From assembly GCF_963921235.1 (NCBI RefSeq), contig NC_086097.1, forward strand, positions 36,458,001-36,522,000: a stretch of 64,000 nucleotides of DNA, written 5' to 3'. Position numbers and translations under genes: made by a program. This DNA is from Mobula hypostoma (lineage: Eukaryota). Under the pieces are notes generated by a model. That model was given only the letters and a program-made list of their open reading frames with translations. It did no database searches and was not told where the DNA came from. Below, one piece after another: positions 25,082 to 38,830 of this stretch; positions within the stretch are counted from its first letter, which is position 1, and the number at the start of each line of letters is the position of its first letter.

Positions 25082-26245
25082 GCTAATGGCATATCAATGA
25101 TTTATCAAGTTTATGAAGATATTCTGTTCTGTAAAAAGTTAAAAACAAATTTCAAAGGAGAATCAATCTATGATGAGATCAAAATGTATATTGAGGATAC
25201 AAGTATTCAAATTAGGAACACGATTTCTTGGGTAACACGATGGAACACCATATATGACAGGTTGCCATGCTGGTTTGGTGGCATTTATGAAAAAAGAAAT
25301 TCCAAGTCTGTTTGCAATCCATTGTGTAACTCATTGTCAACATCTCCCAGCCAAAAACTTCAGCCAGCAACTTGTTCCATGCATGACTCTTGTAATACCT
25401 GTTGTCAAAAAAATTAAAGCTCAAAAGCTGAATAGCAGAATATTTCACCAGTTATGCCAAGATAATGATGAAGAGTTTGAACAATTGCTTCTTCACACTG
25501 AAGTGTTGGCTGTCAAAAGGCTGCTATTTAAAACATTCCTTTGAGCAAAAATTCAACGACAGTCTCAAAAAAATCAAAGTCGACAAGACCTTAGGAGATA
25601 AGATTGAACTTCTATGTGGAAGTGTAGTAAACCTAGCCGATCTGTATGACAAAATGAACATTTTAAATATGAAACTGCAGGGTGACAGTTTCAGGCAAAA
25701 AATGCAGTGTCCACTTTTATTGGAAAATTGGAAATATATAAGCAAAACATTGGGAGAAAAATGTTCTCCGTTTCCTTGCATGGAAAGTATGACACTCTCT
25801 TTCAAAGACAATGATTTGCAATAGTACTGTTTACACTTGCAGTTACTGAAGAAGCATTTTCAGAATTGATTCAAGGATTTGAACAATCTGGAAACTTCAG
25901 ACAAGGTAATTAACCCATTTCTTTGCAAGGTGGAAAAACAGGAAGAGAGCTTGCAAGAAGAAATTATCGAAATTCAGAATGATGAAGTAAAAATGATTTC
26001 CAAAAATGTTGACTTTTGTGGTTATGTGGCTACACTGTCATGGAAAGTTTCCTAGTCTTTGGAGAGGTGTCAAACTGCACTTCATTGCATCTGCATCCTC
26101 CTACCTTGTTGAAAGAGGCTACAGTGCAGTGAACCACACACTCACAAAAACAGAAACAGCTTGGACATTGTTACACGTGGAGTCTTGAGGCTCTTGCTGT
26201 TACAACTTGAACCAAATATTTGAACTCTTGCTAAAAACCATCAAG
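25082..26245 (+). pseudogene. hAT transposase C-terminal part
   Basis: MTGCHAGLVAFMKKE, AIHCVTHCQHL, LLLHTEV-WLSKG, LADLYDKMNILNMKLQG, SSYLVERGYSAV. Confidence 0.85.
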
Positions 26246-26939
26246 CTCAAGGATCACATTGGTATCGAAGCTGCTGTATAGTGCACAGGTACTGTGCAAG
26301 CTAGGCTTAAAGACAAATAAAAATTTAAAGCAGTATCATTTTTCTCATGTTAGAATATAGCAGATGTATTTTTACACAATGGGGGCACCAGAGAGTATAT
26401 TGTGCTTAAGAGGGGTATTAGCAAGTATGTAGGGGGGCATTTGGCTAAAAAGGTTGGGAAACACTGATCTAGAAAGTGATGTTTCTCAGCCCCTTTGCTC
26501 TTTTCTTCATTGCTTTGACTTTAGCTGGATCCTGGTTCAGATTTTCTATCTATTAGATATTTTGAATTGCAGCTTTCATCCACCTTTCCATGCATCTGCT
26601 CCAAGGGAGTTTGCTCCCAGTCCTGGCCAAGTTCTACCTCATCCCCTATTTACCCTTCTCCAAAGATGAAAATGTTGTTATTGTTAGTCTTCACTCCTCT
26701 TCAGTCTTCAAGGCAACCTTTGGCCTGAATGAATTTCATCTAGTGCTATAGCATGTTGATTTGCACAGTATCTACCCAATGGCATTGTAAAAGAAATTGA
26801 ATTAAGCTCTCCTCCTCAAACCCTACATGCTAGAACACATTTTTTGCATCGAAGCATACTATGGAAAAACTGAGTAGACCAAACTTGTCAAGAGTACTTC
26901 AAATCAGCAAAACTGCAGTTATCTTCTAACAATCTTAGC

Positions 26940-27790
26940 TCTGTTAAGAAAGCATTTTGCTTCACACCCGATTACAGTTAACTAGTTCATTTTCAGCTGT
27001 GTTTGTAATTTGTACTATATCTTTCCTGCTCTTACATTCTATGCTCTGGTCAATAAAGGGAATTATCTTGTATTCCTTATCTACTTGTTTAGCTCCTTTC
27101 AGAGAAGCAAATATGTACACCAAGGACCCCTGTTTCTCAGTGCTTCCTAGGATGTTGTCATTGGTTTTTCCAAAATTCATCACTTTGTGTTTTTCAGGAT
27201 TAATCTGCCCACTTTACCAATCATGAATATTATCCTGTAGTCAAAGGTTATCCTTCTCACTGCAAAAAGTAAAAAAAAACTTTCATTGCATCTGTGAACC
27301 CGTTAATCATACTTTCTGTCTTTATATCGAGATTGTTAATGTGTATAACAAACATCAAGGGCATTGATCAATGAAATACATTGCGGTTATAGGCTTCCAA
27401 TTGCAACAAGAATCACTGAACATCATCCTTTGCCTCCAATCACTGAGCTAATTTCCGCTCCAATCTGTCAAACTGTTCTACAATCTATAGACTCTATTTG
27501 GACTATTCGTCCATGTGCGGTCATGTCAAATTTCTTGCTGAACTGCATATGCATCATCTACACTGTTCACATCAACACAATCAGTTCTTTGATTTCTCTT
27601 GTATGTTAACTATCCTTGATGAATTTTTAGTTGCAACAACAAGGATTAACCTCAATTGTTTCCAATAAATTCCCTACCACAATTGCGAAGACATTTGAAC
27701 TACACTGCTTGCTGTCCCTCAATACCCATCTACATTTCATCTTAATTTTCAGGTACTGTTCCAAATTCATAGTTCCATTAAGTCTAATTA
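26940..27790 (-). mobile_element. Old CR1 RT fragment
   Basis: Remnant peptides ILGSTEKQGSLVYI and IIPFIDQSIECKSR. Confidence 0.6.
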
Positions 27791-28956
27791 ACTTTCTCTA
27801 ATAGATTGGAGAAAGCCAACAGGTTAAACTAATAAAGTGTTTATTATTATTGCAAGAAATTAGAGAGACACTGAATTTCCTTTTCACTAAGAGGGTTGTT
27901 ATAGGAGAAAAGCTTGAAAAGAACGTGTCTAAGTCTTAGGAGCCCAGAGGATGAGATGTGACCTTATTGAAACATTAGATTCAATAAGGTGACTCGACAC
28001 GGTGAGGATCGTTCCCCAAATGGAGAAGGCTCATTTCTGGAGCATTGAATCAGGATGAGAGGCAATCCACCAAAGACCGATGAAAATCAATTTATTTTCT
28101 CAGAAAGCCATTGTTATGAGTGACTAAGTATCTTCAAGGCGATATAATATTTAGGATGGCAGTGAAGTTAAGGGTTACGATGTTGGGAAGGAAATGGCCA
28201 AAAGTCAGAAGAACCATAATCTTGTTGAATGATGGGATAGATTCCAGGGACTGTCTGGCCACTCCTACTCATTTCTTCTCTTCTTAAGGCTCCACATCCT
28301 GGTGCAGTGAACTGTAGAGTGAGTCACTCTTTGACGTGGCAAAGGGACTGGAGAGAAGTGCTTTTTTTCCCCATTCTTGGTTTTTGGCATCAAGAAATGC
28401 CATAAAAGGAAATCATATTGAACAGCATTTCAAGGTGCAATTATGTTGTCCAAGTCATATTATAGCTTGATTCTTCTGTAATTTGATTCTACTGGAAACC
28501 CCAAACTGAGTCAATATTTGAAGAACAAAATTATTTTGAGCTTTACACAGGAGTGGCTTCTCTTGGCCACTTGACAGACAAATTTAAAAAGAACCTTCTC
28601 TGTACAACATCACCACAAACATTGCCCCTGACAGTGAAAACAGATGAAAAAAGGCTATCCAGCCTCCACAAAAACCACAAAGTCTCTGGGGGGTGGCAAG
28701 AGAAATGGGAGAGTCTTTATGGATTGAAGAAGAACAGCAACAAAATGAATGACTTTTACTCCATTGTCAAATAAGACGGAGAAAAATTGAGACAGCTCAC
28801 CAGTCAGATGCGGATTTCAAAACCCAAGATGCTCTCATCTCTCAGGAACTTGTCAGTGCTTAAACATATAGAGCACGTGAAATGAGAACTGATTTTGCCT
28901 TGGACAGGTAGGGTGGGGATATCTGGATGCAAGGCCCACACATTCCTTTTCTGCCC

Positions 28957-30062
28957 CTGAAATATTAAATATACTACACTCCTCCCTGCTTAGCTATAAA
29001 CTCCAACTCAACCTTGGAAAGAATTCCTTCAGCCTCCATGAGATCTAGCTAATTGACTACTTTATCACAGATGGTACAAGGAACCAGACAGTCTTTGTAA
29101 AACTTGGATGTAGCACTTTCACTTAACACCATTTTATCCTTGATATATTTGAGTTTTTCAATGCCATCCTTGAACACTATTGTGGCATCATCCACTACCT
29201 TTCTTAATTTGCTTTCAGTTGACTATTAAAAGAGAATGTGGATGGATCTCCAATCAAGTTGTAGTTGTCTCAACCAGTCACAGCCCCACATTGCTGGTCC
29301 TCCTGGTTTTACCAAACACAAGCCCAATGTGGCTTGTTGATTGTTGTATTTCACTGTTATGAATGTCATTCCCACAGGACTTCTCTTTTGTCCAGTACAA
29401 GTTCTTAGTTGGATATCTGCAGGCTTCAGATTAGTATCTGAAATGCCATTCAAACTCATTTTGTGGAGTGACTGAAACCACCGAGCTAGTGTCCAATTAC
29501 ATTTTAATTAATATACCATTCACTTCTGGTGTAAGCCATATTGCTTGTCTATTGCTAGGTTTTGCAATGCAAATCTCAAAGCTACACAATCTTTTTTCAC
29601 TCTCATCATTATCAGATTTTTTATCTACAGCATGCAGATTAATGCTCTTTTTGAAACTGTAACTTGACTTTTTAATCATTTTCTCTTTCTTGTGCAGTCC
29701 ATTTATTTTTGTCTGCCCAACATTCTCTTCATATGTGTCCTAATTGTTACATTTACTGCAAGTTTTGACTTTAAACCTGGATCAGTCTGGTATATGCGAG
29801 CCCCAGCCACAACAGGAACACAGTTTTCTCAGCCAGGCAGGTTTTCTGTTTAGAATTTGCAATTTTGTTCATGCTGACTTTTATTTCTGACTGCTATCCA
29901 ATTGTGTCTCTGTCTGCTGTTTCCATTGATACAGGAATTTCAACTGCTCTTTTAAATGTGAGTTATGCTCCAGTTAGGAGCCATTTTTGAGAGCTTCTTG
30001 TAAGTTTCCACAAACTAAAATGATCTCTCTGTGCATCATTAAGCCCATTACTGAGTTGACAA
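28957..30062 (-). mobile_element. Gypsy copy 2, distal part: gag end, protease, PPT and 3' LTR stub
   Basis: Homologous to 7500-8520. PPT AAGCAGGGGAGGAG (28979-28992) precedes TGTAGTATATTTAATATTTCAG, which matches the LTR start. Confidence 0.82.
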
Positions 30063-30584
30063 CAGGGTCATAGAAAAATAGAGAATAGAAACAGGCCTTT
30101 CAGCCCATCTAGTCCATTCCAACCATTAAAATTGCTTATTCCCATTGACCTGCACTGGGGCTACAGCTCTCCATACCCCTACCATCCATGTACCTACCCA
30201 ACCTTCTCTTAAGCATTGAAATTGAGCTTGCATGCACCACTTCTGCTGACCGCTCGTTCCACACTCTCATGACCCTCTGAGTGAAGAAGCTTTTCTTCAT
30301 GTTCCCCTCAAACTTTTCACCTTTCACCCTTCACCCATGACATCTAGCAGTAGACCCACCCAACTTCAGAGGAAAAAGCCTGCTTGCATACCTCTCATAA
30401 TTTTGTATACCCCCGTCAAATCTCCACTCAATTTTCTGCGTTCCAAGGAATAAAGTCATAACATATTCAATCTTTCCTTATAACTCAGCTCCTCCAACAT
30501 CCTTGCAAATTGAATCAGTACCCTTTCAACCTTATTTACATCTTTGTTGCAGGTAGGTGACCAAAACAGCACATAATACTCCAA

Positions 30585-30781
30585 GCAGCATCTATAGGAA
30601 GAGGTGCAGTCGACGTTTACTCACTCTTACTCACTCTTATTTCAGTTAGTCCTGACAAAGGGTCTCGGCCTGAAACATCGACTGCACCTCTTCCTATAGA
30701 TGCTGCTTGGCCTGCTGCGTTCACCAGCAACTTTGATGTATGTTGCTTGAATTTCCAGCATCTGCAGAATTCCTGTTGTTT
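30585..30781 (+). mobile_element. Penelope-derived mini-element with a short inverted arm
   Basis: TSD ACATAATACTCCAA (30571-30584, 30782-30795). 30585-30618 is an inverted copy of 30673-30706. Confidence 0.85.
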
Positions 30782-31794
30782 ACATAATACTCCAAATTAG
30801 GCTTCACCAACGTCTTATACAAATTCAGCATAACGATCCATCTCCTGTACTAAATTCTTTGATTTATGAAGGCCAATGTACCAAAAGCTTTCTTTACAAC
30901 CCTATCTACCTGCCAGTTTCAATGATTAAGGACCTGTATTCCCATATCCCTTTGCTCTACTGCACTCGTCAGTGCCCTGCTGTTCACTGTGTAAGACCTT
31001 CCCTGGTGGTTGGTTCTACTGAAGTACAACACCTTACACTTGTCTGTATTAAAATCTATCTGCCATTTTTCAGTGCATTTTTCCAGCTGGTCCAAAACCC
31101 TCTGCAAGCTTTGATACACCCCCGCAATCCTGGTGTCATCCACAAATTTGCTGATCCAGTTAACCACATTATCATCCAGATTACTGATATACATGAGAAA
31201 CAAGACTGGACCCAGCACCAAACACTGCGACACTTCGCTAGTCACAGGCCTCCAGTCAGAGAGGCAACCATCTACAACTACTCTCTGGCTTCTCCACCAA
31301 AGGCAATGTCAAATCCAAATTACTACCTTACCTTGAATGCCGAGTGACTGAACCTTCTTGACCAACCTCCCATGTGAGACCTTGTCAAGGGCCTTGCTAA
31401 AATCCATGTAGACAACATCCACTGCCTTGCCTTCATCAACTTTCCTGGTAACTTACTCAAAAAATTGTCAGACTGATTAGACATGACCTACCACCTGCAA
31501 AGCCATGCTGACTACACCTCATCAGCCTATGTCTATACACATGCTCATATATCCAGTTTATAAAACCAAAAGACCACAGACCATAAGATATAGGAGCAGA
31601 ATTAGGTCATTTGACCCACTGAAACTGCGTGGCCATTTTATCATGGCTGATCCATTTCTCTCTCAGCCCTAAACTCCTGCCTTCTCCCCGTACCCCTTCG
31701 TGCCCTGATTATTGAAGAATATATCATTCTCTGCCATAAATATACCCAATGACTTGGCCTCCACAGCCAACCATGGTAATGAATCCACAAATTT

Positions 31795-34250
31795 ACATAG
31801 AACATAGAATAATACAGCACAATACAGGCCATTTGGCCCACAATGTTGTGCCGACCCATAATCCCTGCCTCCCATATAACCCCCACCTTAAATTCCTCCA
31901 TATACCTGTCTAGTAGTCTCTTAAATTTCACTAGTGTATCTGCCTCCACCACTGACTCAGGCAGTGCATTCCACGCACCAACCACTCTCTGAGTAAAAAA
32001 CCTTCCTCTAATATCCCCCTTGAACTTCCCACCCCTTACCTTAAAGCCATGTCCTCTTGTATTGAGTGCCCTGGGAAGACGCGCTGGCTGTCCACTCTAT
32101 CTATTCCTCTTAATATCTTGTATACCTCTATCATGTCTCCTCTCATCCTCCTTCTCTTCAAAGAGTAAAGCCCCAGCTCCCTTAATCTCTGATCATAATC
32201 CAGGCAGCATCCTGGTAAATCTCCTCTGTACCTTTTCCAATGCTTCCACATCCTTCCTATAGTGAGGTGACCAGAACTGGACACAGTACTCCAAGTATGG
32301 CCTAACCAGAGTTTTAGAGAGCTGATTCATTACATCACGACTCTTAAACGCTATCCCTCTACTTATGAAAGCTAATACCCCATAAGCTTTCATAACTACC
32401 CTATCCACCTGTGAGGCAACTTTCAGGGATCTGAGATCATGTAGCCCCAGATCCCTCTGCTCCTCCGCACTATCAAGTATCCTGCCATCTTCTTTGTACT
32501 CTGCCTTGGAGTTTGCCCTTCCAAAGTGTACCACCGTACACTTCTCTGGGTTGAACTCCATCTGCCACTTCTCAGCCCGCTTCTGCATCCTATCAATGTC
32601 TCTCTGCAATCTTCGACAATCCTCTACGCTATCCACAACACCACCAACCTCTCTGTCATCTGCAAACTTGCCAACCCACCCTTCTACCCTAACATCCAGG
32701 TCGTTAATAAAAATTACAAAAAGTAGAGGTCCCTGAACCGATCCTTGTGGGACACCAAGAGTCACAACCCTCCAATCTGAATGTATTCTCTCCACCACGC
32801 CCCTCTGATTTCTGCAGGCAAGCAAATTCTGAATCCACCTGGCCATTCTTCCTTGGATACCATGCCTTCTGACTTTCTGAATAAGCCTACCATGTGGAAC
32901 CTTGTCAAATGCCTTACTAAAATCCATGTAGATCATATCCACTGCACTACCCTTATCTATATGCCTGGTCACCTCCTCAAAGAACTCTATCAGGCTTGTT
33001 AGACATGATCTTCCCTTCACAAAGCCATGCTGATTGTCCCTGATCAGACCATTATTCACTAAATGCCCACAGATCCTATCTCTAAGAATCTTTTCCAACA
33101 GCTTTCCTACCACAGACGTAAGGCTCACTGGTCTATAACTACCCCGACTATCCCTACTACCTTTTTGAACAAGGGGACAACATTTGCCTCCCTCCAATCC
33201 TCTGGTACTATTCCCATGGACAACGAGGACATAAAGATCCTAGCCAGAGGCTCAGCAATCTCTTCCCTCGCCTCGTGGAGCAGCCTGGGGAATATTCCGT
33301 CAGGCCCCGGGAACTTATCCGTTCTAATGTATTTTAACAACTCCAACACCTCTCCTTTAATATCAACATGCTCCAGAACATCAACCTCACTCATATTGTC
33401 CTCAACTTCGTCAAGTTCCCTCTCATTGGTGAATACCGAAGAGAAGTATTCATTAAGGACCTCGCTCACTTCCACAGCCTCCAAGCACATCTTCCCACCT
33501 TTATCTCTAATCGGTCCTATCTTCACTCCTGTCATCCTTTTGTTCTTCACATAATTGAAGAATGCCTTGGGGTTTTCTTTTACCCTACTCGCCAAGGCCT
33601 TCTCATGCCCCCTTCTTGCTCTCCTCAGCCCCTTCTTAAGCTCCTTTCTTGCTTCCCTATATTCCTCAATAGACCCATCTGATCCTTGCTTCCTAAACCT
33701 CATTTATGCTGCCTTCTTCTACCTGACTAGATTTTCCACCTCACTTGTCACCCATGGTTCCTTCACCCTACCATTCTTTATCTTCCTCACCGGGACAAAT
33801 TTATCCCTAACATTCTGCAGGAGATCCCTGAACATCGACCACATGTGCATAGTACATTTCCCTGCAAAAACATCATCCCAATTCACACCCGCAAGTTCTA
33901 GCCTTACAGCCTCATAATTTGCCCTTCCCCAATTAAAAATTTTCCTGTCCTCTCTGGTTCTATCCTTTTCCATGATAATGTTAAAGGTCAGGGAGCAGTG
34001 GTCATTGTCCCCCAGATGCTCACTCAGTGAGAGATCTGTGACCTGACCCAGTTTGTTACCTAATACTAGATCTAGTATGGCATTCCCACTAGTCGGCCTG
34101 TCAACATACTGTGACACTTTTACACCCTTTACTCTGCTTTTCTTTCCTGAAAGCCTCTTTATACGTTAGATCTGGCTTTACTCCATGCACTATACTTGCA
34201 GTTTTCGCATGACCTTTATCCTCCTCCACCTCACAATCTGCTCTAACACT
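31795..34250 (-). mobile_element. CR1 element C (young, same subfamily as 1-2037) inserted in element B
   Basis: ACATAGA-repeat tail at 31795. Long ORF2 frames. Internal deletion at ~34115 relative to the copy at 1-2037. Confidence 0.88.
32193..33197 (-). CDS. CR1 ORF2 reverse transcriptase fragment
   Basis: YRPVSLTS, QHGF, DFSKAFDKVPH, GVPQGSV, FADD. Confidence 0.85.
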   Translation of the reverse strand: MEGGKCCPLVQKGSRDSRGSYRPVSLTSVVGKLLEKILRDRICGHLVNNGLIRDNQHGFVKGRSCLTSLIEFFEEVTRHIDKGSAVDMIYMDFSKAFDKVPHGRLIQKVRRHGIQGRMARWIQNLLACRNQRGVVERIHSDWRVVTLGVPQGSVQGPLLFVIFINDLDVRVEGWVGKFADDREVGGVVDSVEDCRRLQRDIDRMQKRAEKWQMEFNPEKCTVVHFGRANSKAEYKEDGRILDSAEEQRDLGLHDLRSLKVASQVDRVVMKAYGVLAFISRGIAFKSRDVMNQLSKTLVRPYLEYCVQFWSPHYRKDVEALEKVQRRFTRMLPGL

Positions 34251-37200
34251 CTGGCTAAAGAAACTTCTTCTCAACTCCATTCTATGCACATCCCTCTATT
34301 CTGAGGCTATGTCTTCTGGTCTAGGACTCCCCCACCATAAGAAACATCCTCTCCACATCCACTCTGTCACAGCCTTTCAACATTCGAGAGATTTCAATGA
34401 GATTCACCCTCGTTCTTCTGAATTCCAGTGAATACAGGCCTGTTGACATCAAACATTTCTCATAGAAAAAAGCCTTTCAAACCTGGAACAATTTTCATGA
34501 ACCTCCTTTGAGCTCCTTCCAATGTCAACATATCTTTTCCTAGATAAGGGGTCAAACATTGCTCATAATACTCCTAGCGAGACTTCAGCAGTGCTTTAGA
34601 AAGCCTCAAAATTGCATCCTTGCTTTTATATTCTAATTCTCTTGAAATTAATACTAGCATCACAGTTGCCTTCCTCACCACTGCTCAATGTACAAATTAG
34701 CCATCAGGGAATCCTGCATGAGAACTCCCAATTACCTCTTCACCTCAGATTTTTGAATTTTTTTCTCCATTTAGAAAGTGGTCTATGCATTGATATTTTC
34801 TACCGAAGTGCATGACCATACACTGTCCGAAACTGTATTCCATCTGCCATCTCTTTGCCCATTCTCTTAATCCATCCAAGTCCTTCTGTAGCATCTCTGC
34901 TTCCTCAAAACTACCTACCCCTCCACCCATCTTTGTACCACCCACAAACTTAGCCACAAAGCCATCAATTCTATCATACAAATCACTGACATATAATGTT
35001 TAAAAAAAAATCAGTCCCAACACAGACCCCTGTGCAACGCCACTAGTCACCGGCAGCCAACCAGAAAAGGCTCCCTTTATTCCCAGTCTTTGCCTTCTGC
35101 CAAATAGTCAATGTTCTATCCATGCTAGAATCTTTCCTGTAATACCATGGGCTCATAGGCTGTTAAGCAGCCTCATGTGTGACACCTTGTCAAAGACCTT
35201 CTGAAAATCCAAGTACACACCATCCACTGATTCTCCCTTGTCTATACTGCTTATTATTTCTTCAAAGAATTCCAACAGGTTTGTCAGGCAAGATTTTCTT
35301 TTAAGGAAACAATGCTGAGTACGGCCTATTTTATCATGTGCCTCCATGTACCCTAAAGCTACGTCCTTGGCAATTGACTCCAACATCTTCCCAACCACAG
35401 AGGTCAGAGTAACTATTCAATAATTTCTCTTTTCTGCATCACTCTTCTTGAAGAGTTGAGTGATATTTGCAATTTTCCAGTCCTCTGCAACCATGTCAGC
35501 ATCCATTGATTCTTGAAAGATCATTGCGAATGCCTCCACAATCTCTTCAGCCACCCCCCCTTCGGAACCATGGGATGTAGACCATCTGGTCCAATTGACA
35601 TATTTACCTTCAGACCTTTTAGTTTCCAAAGAACCTTCTCCCTAGTAATGGTAACTATATATACTTCTGCCCCCAACACACTTGAACTTCCAGCATACTG
35701 CTAGTGTCTTCTACAGTGAAGACTGATTCAAAATGCTTATTTAGTTTGTCTGCCATTTCCTTGTTCACTATTACTACCAGCATCATTTTCCAGCTGTCTG
35801 ATATCTACTCTAACCTCATTTTTACCGTGCATCTGAAGAAACTTTTGGTATCCACTTTAATGTTATTGGCTAGCTTACCTTTGTATTCTATCTTCACTTT
35901 CTTAATAATTTATTTTAACTTGTCTTCTGTTGGCTGTTAAAAGCTTCCCAATCCTCTTACTTCCCATTAATTTTTTCTCTATAATATGCCTTCTCTTTGG
36001 ATTTTATGTTGGCTTTGACTTCTCTTGTCAGCCATGGTTATGTCATCCTGCCTTTTGAATACATCTTCTTTAGAATCCATCTATCCTGTGCCTTCAGAAT
36101 TGCTCCCAGAAATTCCAGCTATTGCAGCTCTGCTGTCATCCCTGCCAATGAATTTTGGCCACCTCCCCTCTCTGTAATTCCCTTTATTCCACTGCAAATA
36201 CCGACACATCTAACTTTAGCTTTGCCTTCTCAAATTGGAGAATGAATTCTATCATGTTATGATCACTAGTCCCCAAGTGTTCCTTTACCTCAAGCTCTCA
36301 AATCAGTTCCAGTTCATTGCACCACACCCAATACAGAGTTGCCGATCCCCTTATGGGCTCAACCACGAGCTGCTCTAAAAGTCCATCTCATTGCCATTCT
36401 TGGGATCCAGCATCAAGGTGATTTTCCCAATATACCTACATATTAAAATCCCCATGACTATCATAACATTGTCCTTTTGACATCCATTTTCTATCTCCTG
36501 TGTAATTTGTAGACCACATTTTTACTACTGTTTGAAGTTTTGTGTATAACTCCTTTCAGGGTCTTTTTACTTTTGCAGTTTCTCAGCTCTACCCACAGTG
36601 ACTCTAAACCTTCCAATCCTATGTCACCACTATCTAATAATTTGATTTCATTTTTACCGAGAGAGCCACCCCACCCCCTCAGCTTACCTGCCCATCCTTT
36701 TGATACAACATGTATCCTTGGACATTAAGCTCCCAGCTATAATCTTCTTTCAGCTACAATTTACTGATAAGCACAATGTCGTACATGCCAATGTGCTGCA
36801 AGTTCACCTACTTTATTCCATATACTATGCACATTCAAACATAACACCTCCAGTCCTGAATTCATCACTCTTTTCAATTTTGTTCCCATTTTACATTGCG
36901 ATATATCCCTTTCACAACAATTTTGCCCTATCATCAGCCTCTCCTTGCTAGCATCTCACTACATACTGTTTCTGTTTGTAAACCAACTACCTCCACAGCA
37001 TCATCACAAAAGAGGGACACCTCTTGCTCTGTAACCTGTTTAGGGTCCACAAAGTTGATTCTGTTTTGCCTCACTTCTCTCGACTTTGTGTCCAGCTCCT
37101 GAAGGAATGCAAATGCAAAAAATCCATTGAAGGTCTCCCCCATCTCTTTCGGCTCTATGCATCGATTACCATTCTGATCTTCCAGAGGAACAAGTTTGTC

Positions 37201-38830
37201 CCTTGCAATCCTTTTGTTCTTAATGTATCTGTTGATCTCCTTAGGATTCTCCTTCACCTTGTCTGCTAGGCAATCTCGTGCCTTTCTTTGTTAAGTGTTC
37301 TCATGCATTTCTTATAATCCATAAATACTTTATTTGTTCCTACCTGCCTATACCTGCTATGCACCTCCTTTATTTTTCTTAGCAAGGGCCTCAATATCAC
37401 TTGTAAACTAAGCTCCTTAAACCTGTTTATCTTGACCTTTTATTCTGAAAGGCACATACAAGCTTTATACTCTCCATATTTAACTTTTGGAAGCCTTCCA
37501 CTTAACAAATGAACCTTTGCCAGAAAACAGCCTATCCCAATCACCACTTTCCAGGTCCTTTCTGATACCATCTAAATTGGCCTTTCTCCTATTTAGCATC
37601 TCAACCCACAGAATGGACCTATCTTTTTCCATATTTTCTTTGAAACTAATGGTATTATGATTACCCTATGCAAACTTTTGTCACCGACCGTCTCATTCCC
37701 TAACAGCAGTTCAAGCATCACACACTCTCTCTCCGTGGGACATGTATATACTGATTAAGGAAACATTCTTGAACACATTTGACAAATTCTATCCCATCTT
37801 GTCCTTTTAAGGTATGGGAGTCCCAGTCAATATGTGAGAAGTTAAAATCACCTACTATAATAACCTTATGTTTCTCGCAACAGTCTGCAGTCTCTCTACA
37901 AATTTGTTGCTCTAAATCCAGCTGGTTGTTGGGTGATCTATAATATACCCCATTAATATGGTCATACCTTTCTTATTTCTCAGTGTCACCATAAAGCCTC
38001 ACTAGAAGAATTCTCCAGTCTGTCCTGACATTTTCCCTGCCTAGTAACACCACCCCTCCTTTAATCCCTCCTGCTCTGTCACCTCTAAAGGAACATAAAT
38101 CCAGAATACTGAGCTGCCAATCCTACCCCTTCTGCAAACAAGTCTCACTAGTGGTAATAATACCATAATTCCAGGTGTTGATCCATGCCCTGAGCTTATC
38201 TGCTTTTCTTACAATACCTCTTGCATTGAAATATAAGCAGCTCAGGACACTATTCACACCATGCTGAACCTTTTCATTCCTGACTTTGTCCAGGTCTTAA
38301 CAACATCTTTCTCCTCAACCACTCCACTATATGTTCTGGGACTCTGGTTCCCATGCCCCTGCAGTTCTAGTTTTAAACACCCCCCTCCCCCCCCCCCCAC
38401 AGACACACAGCACTAACAAACCTTCCCACTAGGATATTAGTCTCCTCCAGTTGAGGTGCAAAACATTTCTTCTGTACAGGTCCCTCCTGAGAGAATCCAA
38501 TGATCCAAAAAATCTGACATCTTCCCTCCTTAGCTATGTGTTAAACTGAGTGATCTTCCTATTTCTGGCATCACTAGCACATGGCATGGGTAGCAATCCT
38601 GAAATCACAACCTTAAAGGTCCTGTCCTTTAACTTAGCACCTAACTCCCTGAAATCACTTTGCAGAACCTCATCACTCTTCTAACCTATATGTGGTATTG
38701 GTACCAACAGTTTAAGGACCACGTGCTCTGGCTGTTCACCCTTTCATTTCAGAATGCCAAGGACTCAATCCAAGATGTCCTGGACTGACCCATGGGTAGT
38801 AACAGACCATCTAGGAATCTCATTCAAAAA

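Larger units (their letters stand above)
16603..26466 (+). mobile_element. Charlie/Buster-type hAT DNA transposon (~2.8 kb native) split by nested retroelements
   Basis: TIRs CAATAGTTCCCAAC (16603) and GTTGGGAAACACTG (ends 26466), 11/14 match. 8-bp flanks AACTAGAG / ATCTAGAA resemble the NTCTAGAN target. Transposase fragments lie on both sides of the insert. Confidence 0.8.
31561..37010 (-). mobile_element. CR1 element B (pieces 31561-31794 and ~34250-37010)
   Basis: AGACCAT-type 3' tail. Homologous to the CR1 at 9160-11945 (VYLDFQKVFDKV; EDWKIANIT). Confidence 0.8.
30063..38830 (-). mobile_element. CR1 element A (pieces 30063-31560 and ~37010-38830) that split the Gypsy element
   Basis: 3' end at ~30066, RT fragments (ISKFVDDT), ENPK..RYIKNKR at 37250, endonuclease remnants and an esterase remnant near 38400-38820. 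Confidence 0.75.

Noticed and set aside
17445..26245. Domesticated ZBED/SCAND3-like host gene
   Set aside because: Multiple frameshifts, a 7-kb nested insertion and retained TIRs show a dead transposon.
28553..28774. 73-aa ORF as a host exon
   Set aside because: No recognisable domain, a non-ATG start and no supporting neighbouring exons.
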